DNA of 62,454 nt, filler included, from Streblomastix strix (Eukaryota): assembly GCA_008636045.1 (NCBI GenBank). It is 3 parts of 3 records of this genome, joined end to end, with 100 filler letters (N's around TTAATTAATTAA, not from the genome) between each part and the next. Parts side by side here need not be neighbours in the genome. Positions count along the whole stretch, not along the records: positions 1 to 20,780 come from SNRW01000414.1; 2 more parts are not named here. One strand, written 5' to 3'. Every line of letters starts with the position of its first letter. Position 1 is the stretch's first letter. This document shows positions 1 to 13,500 of the stretch, piece by piece. Position numbers and translations under genes: made by a program. Under the pieces are notes generated by a model. That model was not told the DNA's origin and made no database searches. It saw nothing but the letters and a program-made list of their open reading frames with translations.

Positions 1-1888
1 AAGGATCATAAATATGAAGAAGTGCAAATACTGGACATTGTTTGTTATTATCAACTTGATTAATATCTCCATTTGATTTTTAATTACTGTGAATAACTGT
101 AGTTAAATAATATACAAACTGTCCATCAGAGAAGAAGCGACCTTAATTTGTAAGCTAAAGATTTTTTAGAATTGATCTACTCATATTGTTCTGTTGCCAT
201 GGAAATTTCTTCTTTCTTGATTATCCATATATATTTCTATATTCTTTTTACATTTCGATTTCTTCTAATAAGTCTGAATCTTCATCATCTTCTTAATCAT
301 TTTCATCAAACTCTATCATATCTGCAGAAAGCAAATATTTCCTCACAAATTCATATCTTCCTGTAAGTTGATGTATTTCTTCAATTATATCTCCAAGATT
401 AATTCCAGATATAATAATTCCATTCTTGATTAACTTATTCTTATTTTAATAATTATTTAAAGTGGTTTATTCAGATGATGATGAAGAAGAAGAACTGATT
501 TATTGGTTGAATGATCAGTTAAGTGAATAAAAATCATTCTAATCATAAACTTCTTCAACAAGTTCAAGTGTTTCTGAATCATAAACATTGATTATTGATT
601 ATTCATTAGTCGATTCATTCTATTCATGTTTATTTGAATGTTTGAAATTCATCTTCAATTCAGAATTACTAAATAATTAATGAACTATATAAACTCTTCT
701 CTAAGGAAATGTAGTGCAAAACATTCCAAGAATCTGAATAGACTTATTTTCTGTTATTTCTTCTTTATTCACTTTAATAATTTCTATTTCCTTATATTCT
801 CGGCCTAATTCAGTACCCTAATTCCCTGTTCCAATACATTTCAACTTATTTTCATCATTCAACACAAATATGTATTTTCCATCTGTATCAACTCCTTTTA
901 TATTCTTCTATCTTTCTCCTTATTATAAATTATTTAATTCATCTTTTATTTCTACGATCAATTTATTAGAAATTTCTTGTTCTTGTTTCTTTATAATTGA
1001 TTATTTCCATTATTCTTTATCTGTATCAACATCAATAATAAATAATGGTTTAAGTTGTCTAAATGATGATATGGATTTCAATAAGGATTTAATCTATTTC
1101 TTTCTTTGATCATCATTATCTTTTTGAATATTATCTTTATTCTTTAATTTCTTCTTCTTTCTCATTCCATCTAAGAGTTCATATGATGTATTAAGAAAGT
1201 ATCTAATACGACCAGATGCAACACCTAATGCAATAAAGGCATTCACATATTCCTCTTTTGATATCAATTCTTATCTTCTGGCATTTTTAATGAATGATTC
1301 AATGTTCTTTAGTTGTGATGTTGCTCCAACTTATAATTATCTTGGACCTAACTTGAGAAGAACACTAACTAGAGACTGAATATATTTTGAAGCATTCAGA
1401 TCTATTCCGCTCATCAATTCATAGCGAATATCAAGTTAAAGTGCAATTTAAGATGGATTTTCTTCATTTTAGTTCAATTTAACTTTAGTAATTTTCTCTT
1501 TTCCTTCACTGCTGCTGATAATTTCAAGTTCTTTCCGAGTGCAAATTGCAACACGCTTGAAAAGTTCTGATCTCGCAGAAAGCATATGAAGAAGGGCATA
1601 TGAATTCGGAATCCATCTTTTTAATGCATTGACAATACTTTCTCTTCCACAAGAGTTGTTAATTAAATGAATAAAATTGTCTATTTCCTCTGAATGAGCT
1701 GATTTCTTTTTATCATCGCTGCTATTGAGTTCTTTCTTAACATTTAATGCTCGTTCGGTTGTGTAGTTCCAGTTAAAGATACTGTCAATCACATTTGAAA
1801 AATTTAATCTATTCAAAGAAACTTTATTTGACAGAATATATTCTAACTCTTGATCTTTGGCGAGATCAGCAGAATCAGAATTTTACAT
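1..1888 (-). CDS. Large protein, 5' part (runs off window); MYCBP2/HECTD4-like N-terminal region, possible E3 ubiquitin ligase
   Basis: ATG at 1888 (MQNSDSADLAKDQELEYILSNK...), open frame to the window edge under TAR=Gln. Contains GVDTDGKYIFVLNDENKLKCIGTGNQGTELGREY and GRFFSDGQFVYYL, resembling the DGxYLY...KIGTG..GT..G..Y motif of MYCBP2/HECTD4. No catalytic domain visible. Confidence 0.5.
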
Positions 1889-2859
1889 ATATCTAAATTT
1901 ATTTAAAAATGAAAATTTAGACATTTTAAAGGAATTGAAAATAATAATTAGAGCTAATTCACGAGTTAAGCGAGATAATAATGAAATAAAATGAAAAACT
2001 ATTTTCTGCTTATATGTCAAAAATTAACAAATAAAATTTATGTCATTTACAATAATTTGTGTTATTGTATTGAAATTAATTAAATTAAATTAAATTATTT
2101 AGATGTACGGCTAGGAAAACTCGTTTTATTGAAAATTTAAAGAAACAGCAAAATTCATGCAAGATGAACCTTGATTTTACAAAATATATTCATTTAATTA
2201 ATATTTAAATAAAAATCATGTTTGTAAAATGAAATAACCCTATCTTATTAATAATAGTGCGCTATTCCAAATCTCATAATTTTAATAGAAATTATATTAC
2301 TAGATTAATATATATACACAATAACAGATAATTATTAAAAAATTATCAATACAATTTCTGGAAAAAAGCTAAATAAACATTTCAGTTTAATTTGTCATTA
2401 TTGTTTAATCTAATGACTATTTTTTTATTTATTTATTTAAATCATTTCATTAATAGATAATTTAATTTTTATTAGAGATTTTCAATTTTATATAACCCAA
2501 AAATACCAATAATATTGAATGTTTTCACAATTTCGATTTTTTTGATAATTTTTAGCACTTAATTTAATGTATATGTTCTAAATCATTTAAAAATATATTT
2601 TTGTAAATAATATATTGCATATACAAAATATTTCTTTCCAATACATCTTTTGAAACTCGTTTGAAACTTTCCAAAAATAAATTTAATTTTTTTATTATTT
2701 TTTTCATCAATTTTCACTACGATTTTTTTATTTTTCTACATTTTTTTTAACGTTATAACTTTTTAAGAGTTTACAATTCTTGAGCCTTTTTTTCATAAAT
2801 ATAATTTACCTTCTTTCTTTTTTAAAAAAATAAATATTTATCTAGTAATAATTAAGTTT

Positions 2860-5800
2860 ATGTCAAGTTCATTAGTTAGTCAAAAAGAATCAATAATTTC
2901 ATCTGAAGCTGTCACAAAAGATGATCAATCTTTTTTAACGAGTGAAAGGTTTTAATTCAATTTATTTATTGAATATTACATAAATTATTTTCCATATTAA
3001 ATATTTTACCTTTTTTAAAAAAAATCCAGCATAATTACAACCAAAGAATAAGTTGAATATAATGATTGTATTTTATTTAACTTTTATATTATTTAGTTTT
3101 TCATTATTTTTATTCATCCAGTTGAAATTTTAACCAAACTCTTTGGAGGAGCGATGGGAAATACATTCTTAGTAAGACATAAATATACTGGAGTACTTTA
3201 TGTTATGAAAAGAGGTTTGAATGATGTTTTATTTCATATAAATATAAACTTAATAAATAATTAAAAAAAGTTGATTACTTAGATGAGAATGATAAAAAGA
3301 TAGCTGATGAAGAAATTGCATAAATGCGTAGGCTTGCATCTCGATATACAGTTTGATAATTAGATACAATTTTATATCATAATTTCATATAATACAACTA
3401 ATCCTTCTAGATTCGACTTGTTTGGACCTTCGTAGATCGCGAAGATAAATACATAGTAAGTGAATACTGTTCGCATGGAGATTTGAGAAAACTTATTGGT
3501 GAATTTCAAACACTACCAGAAGTTGAAAGATTGGAAGTGCATTATTTTATTTTATTTTCAATTATTAATAATTTATTTATGATTAGCTTGTATTAGAGTT
3601 ATTTGCATAGATTATTCTTGGATTGGAATTCATACATTCGATGGGCATAATCCATAGGGATATAAAACCAGCAAATATCTTCATAATGGAAGATGGATCT
3701 GTTCGATTAGGTAAGATTATATTTTTATTTGTATATTTATAACACAAATTATGGTTTTTATTTAAAGGTGATTTTGGATTATCAAAAATTCTAAAATAGA
3801 AAGAATATGGATCAGTTGCTGGAACACAGTGTGTCGATATTTTATTTAATTTTTAATCTTATTTAATTTTATTAGATACTACATGGCACCCGAAGTATAT
3901 ATCGAAGGAAAGTGTGAAGTAATTATATATTATTTAAATGTTTGATTTTTTTAAATTTGTTTCAGGATGTATTTCAGCAGTGATATTTACGCAGTTGGAA
4001 TTTGCATATTCGAGCTTTTGACTGGAAATCATCCATTTATAGGAAGTAATGGTTAATAAACTATGGAAAATATATTAAATGGCAAGTCAGCTAAAATTCC
4101 AGAGTTTGTACCTTCTGATCTAAACTAGCTTTTTTTGAATATGATTAATTCTGTATGCTATATTATTATAAAAATTATTATTATATTAACTAAATTTGTA
4201 AATAATTGCACAATTTTTCCAATTTTATATTAAAATATACTTAGGACATAACCAAACGTCCAACTATTCAAGAAATTATGCAAAATTAAAGAATATAAAC
4301 AATCATTATTAAAATAAAAGAAAAAGAAAGAAAAGAAGATGAAATTAGAGAGATAGAATAATAATCCACTATTTTATCTCCTCCAAAACTAATCACATTT
4401 GATCAACTCAAATCAATTAATGATGAAATGATAACACTAAAAGACTTTGAAGATTATTCTTTGAATGATATTGAAAAGCTTAAAGATAGTCTTACAGATG
4501 TTAGGTCAGTTTAAACACTCACACTAAATAATTCATCTGAAAAATTGACGAATTTAGCTGATTAAATTATAGAATTGATTTGTGATTTTATAACTTAAAT
4601 AAAAATTAATCCTGAGAATATTGAAATATTAATTCAAACAGGTCTCATTATTGAGATCATCAATCTTATAAAACGAACATCTGTTAATAAATTGGAATAG
4701 AACTATGTATTATTTATCAATTCAATTTGTAATAAAAGCACATCAATTCAAAGTCAAAAATTGGTCTAAATGAGAATTTTTTAAGCACTTACACCAATTC
4801 TAAATAAGAATGATAAAAATTTTCAACGAATAATTATTACTTCATTTTAAGGAATAATAAGAATAGGATGGAAATTAAATTAATAAGAACCATTCTTAAC
4901 GAAATAATAAGAATATGTTTAATTATCTACAACAATTCAATCTCATATATAATATTTACTCAATAAACCTCATCCTTTTCTTCACATATTGGAGAAATAA
5001 GGAATAATTAGAAAAATTATTGAAATAATCTTATTAGATTAAAAAATTGATTTATCCATAAAAAGATCTACTTGTTTACTTCTTAATAATCTATACATTT
5101 AAGGAGCTAAATTGCCAACTGATCTTCAAAATCAAATAATTGCAAATCTTTCTTAATAATTGAATCAATTGAAAGATAATTACCAATAATAATTCATACT
5201 TCAATCTCTTGAATATTTAGCTGTTAATAGAGGTTTATGAATATTTGTTTTAATATGAATAGAAAATTGTTGATATTTTTATTATTTTTATTTGTATTTA
5301 TAACTTTCCATTTTACATAACAGATAATCACAACTCAATTGTTGCTTGTGATCTGATTGAGACAACTTTGCTATTATTCAAAGAAGCAAATCAACAATAA
5401 GGGTATATTAGGAAACATATTGATTATAATTAATGTTAATTAATTATTAAGTTTTTATTAAAAAATTTTGATTATTATTTTAAATTATATTCAGGGAAAT
5501 TTCTACAATAAGCTCAGAAATTATATCATTCTGTCTTCAAATTCTTTAAATGATATTCATATATGGAACTCCAACTGCATAAAAACTAATCCGTTTAGAA
5601 ATTTCAAACGAAACACTATAAAATCTTATCAAAAATAAATAATATGAAAAATAAGCAAAAACATTGCAATCGATTTTTGCTGATCCAAAGATCATGGATA
5701 AATTGATGAGAATGCAAAGATCAATTGGATTTGGATCTGATGAATATAAAATTGATTTAATTAAATCAGGATTTATATCAGATTTAAATATAGAAATTGA

Positions 5801-6457
5801 AAAAGCATTGAAACAGATAGAAAATGAAAGAGATGGAAAATTAAATATTATAAATGATATAATCCTTTTGCTAATTAATGATAACGAAGAAATAAAAAAT
5901 TTAATGGCTCTGAATGCCATATTCATCGAAAATTAGCTCAACATTATTAATTCAATTCAATTAAATTAAATTAGATAATTTCACCTTGATCCACTTGATT
6001 AACTTTCAAATTATCTTCCAATTGAATTAATAAATTAATCATTTTCAAAAGGAATTATTCAAACGATGATATAATTAATCAATTCAGAATATAAATAAGT
6101 CCGACATAATGCAATTAGAATAATAAATACAATTATTAGATCATAAATTTTTGTAATAAGAGAAGGGTAATAGCATCCATATTTCCATTAATTATCAGAA
6201 GATGGAACTATTAATAGTCTAATCTAATTATTCAAGACTAAAAGTGATTGGCTTATTTAATCAATTATTGCACAAATCTTCGCATATCTCTTCAAAAGTT
6301 AATCTCTTCCAGCTGAAATTAAAAATGAAGTTATTATTTAATTGAATAAGAATAATTAATTCCATTAGCTTACTCTTCTTGCTGAATGTAAAGGTTTATT
6401 ATTGTATTAATTAATTATTTTTTGTAATTACTATATTTTATTGTTCTTTTTTAATTA

Positions 6458-6549
<92 letters not shown>

Positions 6550-8009
6550 TTTTTCTTCTATAATTATTATTCATTTAAATATTAAGAAAACCATGACACA
6601 ATTTTATCAAATAGCTTTACAGCAAAATAATTCGTAAATAATAATGATGAATCAAATTTTCTTCATCTCATTCTCACATTTCTTAAATTTGCATCAGATA
6701 TGAATAAAATTAAAGCTGCTTGTTCTGTGAAAGATTAAGTATTGGAGTTTACTGATGATAAATGTTTAGCTGAGATGAAAAATAGATTTAAATGGAAATA
6801 AGAAAAAATTGAAGATATTAAATTTAAAGCAACAGAGATATTATAAATGATAAATAATATAATTGAAAAAATTAATATTGAATAAATTCATCAAATGATA
6901 CAACTAATGAAATCTGATGATTATAATGCCAGAAACGACTCAATTCAACTATTTTTATTAATAATTAAAAATAAGATTGAAATTTTAAATGAAAAATAAT
7001 ATCATCAACTAATCCATTAGTTAACCGAAGATGGAAGTATTAATGTTCTTATATAATATTTTTAAGATGAAAATCTTATTAATTTTCAAAATGATTTTTC
7101 ATAAATATTTGCATATATCTTCAAATTTAAGCCAATACCAATTGAAATCAGATATAAAATGATTGATTAACTATTAAATAATAAGAAATACAATGAGCTT
7201 GAAATACTTTTTGAATATGCAGGTATATTATATATGATAAAATATTTTAATTATTATTTTTATTACATTTTTGTTTATTTATATATATATTTAAAAGAAA
7301 ACCAAAAAATAATCTTATCAGAGATTTCAAAAGAATTAGATATATCTCTTATCGGAAACAACGAGGAAAAGATTGAAATTTTAATCAAAAAAGCAAGAAG
7401 TTGCAATTTTTTGACGTCAATGCTTAATAATCAAAAAGATGATTAATTAAAAACAATGTTAATTGATGCTGGAATCGTGGATTATTTGCTCTAAATATTC
7501 TCTCATTGGGATATGGATAGAATAATTAAATCAATTGTTGATTGTTTCTTCGTGTTTACTTATCCATATAACTTCATTATAAGTTAACTCTTGGTAGAAA
7601 AGAAACCATTTCCATCTTTACTTCGATTATTTGATCATATGGATGAATAAATTGTAGGTGATGCAATTAGAATAATAAATACAATTATTAGATCATAAAT
7701 TTTTGTAATAAGAGAAGGGTAATAGCATCCATATTTCCATTAATTATCAGAAGATGGAACTATTAATAGTCTAATCTAATTATTCAAGACTAAAAGTGAT
7801 TGGCTTATTTAATCAATTATTGCACAAATCTTCGCATATCTCTTCAAAAGTTAATCTCTTCCAGCTGAAATTAAAAATGAAGTTATTATTTAATTGAATA
7901 AGAATAATTAATTCCATTAGCTTACTCTTCTTGCTGAATGTAAAGGTTTATTATTGTATTAATTAATTATTTTTTGTAATTACTATATTTTATTGTTCTT
8001 TTTTAATTA

Positions 8010-8101
<92 letters not shown>

Positions 8102-9654
8102 TTTTTCTTCTATAATTATTATTCATTTAAATATTAAGAAAACCATGACACAATTTTATCAAATAGCTTTACAGCAAAATAATTCGTAAATAATAATGAT
8201 GAATCAAATTTTCTTCATCTCATTCTCACATTTCTTAAATTTGCATCAGATATGAATAAAATTAAAGCTGCTTGTTCTGTGAAAGATTAAGTATTGGAGT
8301 TTACTGATGATAAATGTTTAGCTGAGATGAAAAATAGATTTAAATGGAAATAAGAAAAAATTGAAGATATTAAATTTAAAGCAACAGAGATATTATAAAT
8401 GATAAATAATATAATTGAAAAAATTAATATTGAATAAATTCATCAAATGATACAACTAATGAAATCTGATGATTATAATGCCAGAAACGACTCAATTCAA
8501 CTATTTTTATTAATAATTAAAAATAAGATTGAAATTTTAAATGAAAAATAATATCATCAACTAATCCATTAGTTAACCGAAGATGGAAGTATTAATGTTC
8601 TTATATAATATTTTTAAGATGAAAATCTTATTAATTTTCAAAATGATTTTTCATAAATATTTGCATATATCTTCAAATTTAAGCCAATACCAATTGAAAT
8701 CAGATATAAAATGATTGATTAACTATTAAATAATAAGAAATACAATGAGCTTGAAATACTTTTTGAATATGCAGGTATATTATATATGATAAAATATTTG
8801 AATTATTATTTTTATTACATTTTTGTTTATTTATATATATATTTAAAAGAAAACCAAAAAATAATCTTATCAGAGATTTCAAAAGAATTAGATAAATCTC
8901 TTATCGGAAACAACGAGGAAAAGATTGAAATTTTAATCAAAAAAGTAAGAATTTGCAATTTATTGACATCAATACTTAATAATCAAAAAGATGATTAATT
9001 AAAAACAATGTTAATTGATGCTGGAATCGTGGATTATTTGCTCTAAATATTCTCTCATTGGGATATTGATAGAATAAATAAATCAATTGTTGATTGTTTC
9101 TTCGTATTTACTTATCCGTATAACTTCATTATAAGTTAACTCTTGGTGAAAAAGAAACCATTTCCATCTTTACTTCGTTTATTTGATCATATGGATGAAT
9201 AAATTGTAGGTGATGCAATCAATAGTATTGACAATATATTATATAGTGGAGCAATTGGATTCGATAAAACTTCCATTCATCCGTATTACTAAGATCTTAA
9301 TTCAGCTGGAGGAATTGAGAAGATTTTTTAACTATTTACAAAATCTAACAATGAATTCATCAAAAATACTTCTTCAATTTGCATAGGAATAGTTCATAGA
9401 GCTCAATAAATTTAAAACAAATAAATGAGGACAGAAATTATATCTCATCTTAAATCTATCTCAACCAATTCAGATTATGAAATACAAAATGAAGTGAAAC
9501 TAGCTTTGAAATGCCTATCTTTGAACTCTGGTATGCCTTTTTTTGAAGATCAACTTCAATTTCTACTAAATTATTGTAAATTTGTTTATTTAATTATTAA
9601 AAAGCAAATTGCACTGAAATTGGGAAAGGTGGATTTTAAATTCCAGATGAGTGA
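2860..9654 (+). CDS. Multi-exon NEK-like Ser/Thr protein kinase with long C-terminal ARM/HEAT-like helical repeat region
   Basis: Spliced translation gives LFGGAMGNTFLV, YVMKR, ADEEI, EYCSHGDL, HRDIKPANIF, G|DFGLSK, YMAPE, SDIYAVG, LTGNHPF. Many GT-AG introns of ~60-190 nt. C-terminal modules repeat HPxxxxLxxxGxIxxLxQxF. Ends NCTEIGKGGFQIPDE-TGA at 9652-9654. Confidence 0.9.
6461..6547 (+). repeat. (TTA)n intronic microsatellite, copy 1
   Basis: About 29 perfect TTA units inside an intron. Confidence 0.97.
8013..8099 (+). repeat. (TTA)n intronic microsatellite, copy 2
   Basis: Same length as copy 1; part of the 1552-bp duplication. Confidence 0.97.
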
Positions 9655-9929
9655 TATTAATGTTTAAAGCAATTATTATTCATAATATTCTGTTTATCAT
9701 ATTCACGATAGATTTTCTATTTCAACCTTAAATTTATCTAATAAAACCAAAAATATTAATTATTTATCATTTTTATTATTATTCTGATAAATTATAGTGA
9801 GGATAGTTATGAATAACTGTAAAATTAATTTAACAATAGATTAAAATTTAAGATTTGAATAAAGAAAGTAAATAGATTCTCTTTTAGAAAAATTAAAGAA
9901 ATGAAATTTGTTTTGTTTGTTTCTTTTTA

Positions 9930-10250
9930 GGAAATACTTCAATTTTCCCTCATGCTTTAGCTTTTGGATTAAGATTTGATAACTGCACTATGGATCCTTC
10001 AACTTGTTATGGTTTTGCTCGATTATGACCTGATGGTTGATTTTACAAAGAAATTTATGATTTATTAAATTGAAGAATGAGTTTAGGATAATTAAATTGC
10101 AGAATGAGTTTAGGTTAAGAATTAGATAAATAATAATAATAATTAGAGAAAAAATAAGAATAAGAGAAAGAAAAGAATTAGAGAAAGAATAAGATAAACA
10201 ATAGGAGAATGTATAAAATTAAGAGTAAGTGTAAAAATTTGATCTAAAAT
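9930..10250 (+). pseudogene. Possible decayed exon/gene remnant
   Basis: After a ttttag acceptor: NTSIFPHALAFGLRFDNCTMDPSTCYGFARL, then several TGA, a short direct repeat (aaattg[a/c]agaatgagtttagg x2) and an E/K/Q-rich tail. Confidence 0.25.
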
Positions 10251-10535
10251 ATAAATGTGAATTAAGAATAAGAAAAAGAACAAAAATTGCATCTTTTTAT
10301 ATTAAATTAGATTAAATGATTATTTTATTAATGTTATTTAATTTATATTTGCTTAACTAGCATTTTTTGAGAATCTTTATCAATTTAGTCATTTAATAAA
10401 AACATAGATTTTAACTATTCTTGCAATAATTAACAAATATTAAAAATAGTGAATAATTTAATTTATTGTATAAACTAAAATTTAAAAAATATTTAAAATA
10501 AGTAACAATTTAAATATGACTAAAATGAATAAATA

Positions 10536-13500
10536 TCAAAATTCGAGTTATTCGCATAGATTTAGGAGTCGTTTTGCAGCAGATGAAAGTTAATCACCTT
10601 CTTCAAGTTCTTCATTATTATCTTGCTATTCTGTAATTAAACTTTATAAAGAAACAATTGCTCCACATTCAGTTAAAACATTTACCGCTTATGTGTAAAT
10701 ACTTGTGTCTTCTTGTTCTTCATTCTCAATGCTTCTTCCAAGCTTTCTACTTGCACAAACAACATTCCATGCTTTAACTAATACAACAAATGCAGATTCC
10801 AAAGTGCAAATAATGATTTATGTTGCTTAATACCATGTAAGTAATTCAACTTTATTTTAATCATATTAAATAATATAATCTTATTCTGTTTATCCAATAG
10901 ATCTAATTCCATCATATTTTCTATTTTATTATTAAATTCCAAATTTAGTAATACATTCAATCAAAGATTTCGCTAATAATTCAATCATATTTGTTTCATT
11001 CATCATATTAATGGAATGAGAAGTTTATTCATCTTTCCAACTTGTATTTACTGAGATCTCAGCCCAGACACCACGGAGTATTAAATGTGCACCTTCCCAT
11101 ATACGTTATTCATCTCGGAGTTTTCTTCTTTATTATTTTGAACTTTAATTATTTAGATCTGAATTAATTGAACTTATTGGAGATGGAATATTAGTAGTAG
11201 TTTGTGTATTTTGTTAATTAATTAATTTTTAATTTGGTTAAGAAGAAGATTATGATTATGATTAAGATTAATGTTCATGAAATGCTGATTTAGATAATGG
11301 ATGTTTTGTTTTTGGAAGAGAAAGATTATTTGAAGATTATTATTCATTATGATTATGTTCAATATTTTAATCAGAAAATGTTGTATTTGGAGAATCAAGT
11401 GCATATGGATCATATTCTTCTGTCAATATCATTTATTTTGCAGATGAAGGAGATGGAATTTTGATTTAAGGAGCAAATTATGTTGTTTATTTTTAAGATG
11501 TTTATGAATTGAAACTGATTACTGTTGTTGATGAATCTTATGTTAATATTTATTATTAGTTGAAATTCTATTTATTTTATTTTATGTTGTTATTTTATTA
11601 AGGAATTTTTTATTTTTCTATAGTTTTCTTTGATTTCTCAAAATTTTATTTATTTTATTTCAATTTTTATGATTATTCTTTTAATTTTTTTCTCATTTAT
11701 TCTGCCAATAAATTTTCATCGATAGGAGGTTTAGAAGCAATTAATATTATTCTATACATTATAACTTAGCATCTCTATAGCAAAATATCAAAAGGAAATC
11801 CAGATTGAATAATAAACATTGTAGGAGAGAAATTTGGCACAGTTTAAGAAGATTAAGATGAAGAAGATTAAGTTTATTAAATTTGATGATTGTTTGATGC
11901 TGATGATTATGAAGAACTGGGACTTTGAGAAGCATTTGAAAGTTCAGATCTGATATTTTCCCATCCAATTTTATTCCCTAAATGTTTTATTGGAATAAAA
12001 TTGAGTAATAATTAATTTAAAAGAATTAATGAATAAGAAAGTGAAGGAGAAATAGATTTTCTTTATTCCTATGAATCTAAATAGAAAAAAGGATCTGAAT
12101 ATATTTGTATGGATTGATTCTATTAAGAAGAATAAGGATTTAAATAAGAAGAAGAGTATGAAGATGTTGATTATTATGATCCAATATTCATAGATGAAAT
12201 AATCACAGATCGATTCTTATGCAAACTTTATTTTAGTTTCTATTATGGTTATATTAAAAGTTAACTTGTTTCAGAAACAGATGGAACATCAAGAGTATTA
12301 TTTGAATCAAAAATATTAATAATACAATTTAATGAATTAATTAAACTTCTTCTTGATTCTTGAATAAGTGTTTTTAGATTAGTGAATTGATTTGCAAGTC
12401 TTGTAAGAGCATATATTGAATGAAGTGAAACAGATGCAGATGATGAATATGATGATGAATTTGATGAATAATATTTCAACGTTGATGAGGATTATGTGTT
12501 TTAATATAATGATCCACTTGATAAAAGAAGTAATATTTCTCTTAGATTATAAAGTTTTTATTTAATTCTTGAATCATTTTCTTATAATATTGATGCAGAT
12601 TGAATTAATAATGTTAATGGAATTGTATCAACTTTGGAATCAATATCAAATATTGGTGGAATAAGTTATTCTTTCTTTTTTGATTTGATATCTTATACTC
12701 CATCACATTATTCATCTTTTTCAATTCTTTATTATTAATCAATAGTCAAATCTATATTTTTATTAGATTATTAAATGAATTCATTTAAATTTTAATTCAA
12801 AATTGATTATCCAAAGTTATGAAGTGAATTTAACGAATGAAGAATTGTATTACTAATTTATATACTTGTTTCTTGGAGTAATTCAGTTTGAATGGAAGTT
12901 TCAGCTGATTATGGATTTGTAATCGATCTTAATGTATTTTGATCTTTAACTGAAATGAATCTACCTTAATTCATATTTTCTTCTTAATTCTTTACTCTTA
13001 ATCTTTCTTATTCCAATTATTTCTCTTCACCACAACAAATAAATAAGATATAACATGAACAATAGAAAGTCATTGCTGTATGCATTGGAGACATTAAAGG
13101 AACTGAATCTTATTCATTTTCATCAAATATATTAAGATTTCCTTAATTATATTTCATTATTGGATTAATTCCTTTCAACATTTTATTTTCATTAATAGTT
13201 GATGATTCAATTGCAGATTCATTTTATTCATCATATGATTATTATTAATTTTATTGATCTTCTATCTTCTCAATATGCATTTATTATTCAAAATCTTATA
13301 TTTATTATTCTTCATTATTCTACTAAATTCTTCCTCTTCCATCAACACCATTCAATGTATATAATGCATTTAGTCTTTCAATTATCCTTTCAGTTACTCC
13401 TGATCGTCGAAGAAGCATTCGAAATGGATTTGGAAATTCTCCTTTACACATAATACATCCTTATGCTGCAACTGTTGCTAACATTCGAAGTGAATATAAT

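Larger units (their letters stand above)
6109..9219 (+). repeat. Tandem duplication, two copies of a 1552-bp unit inside the kinase gene
   Basis: 6109-7660 is repeated at 7661-9212. Track ORFs at 7234 and 8786 are offset by exactly 1552. ATGCAAT occurs at 6109, 7661 and 9213. Confidence 0.97.
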
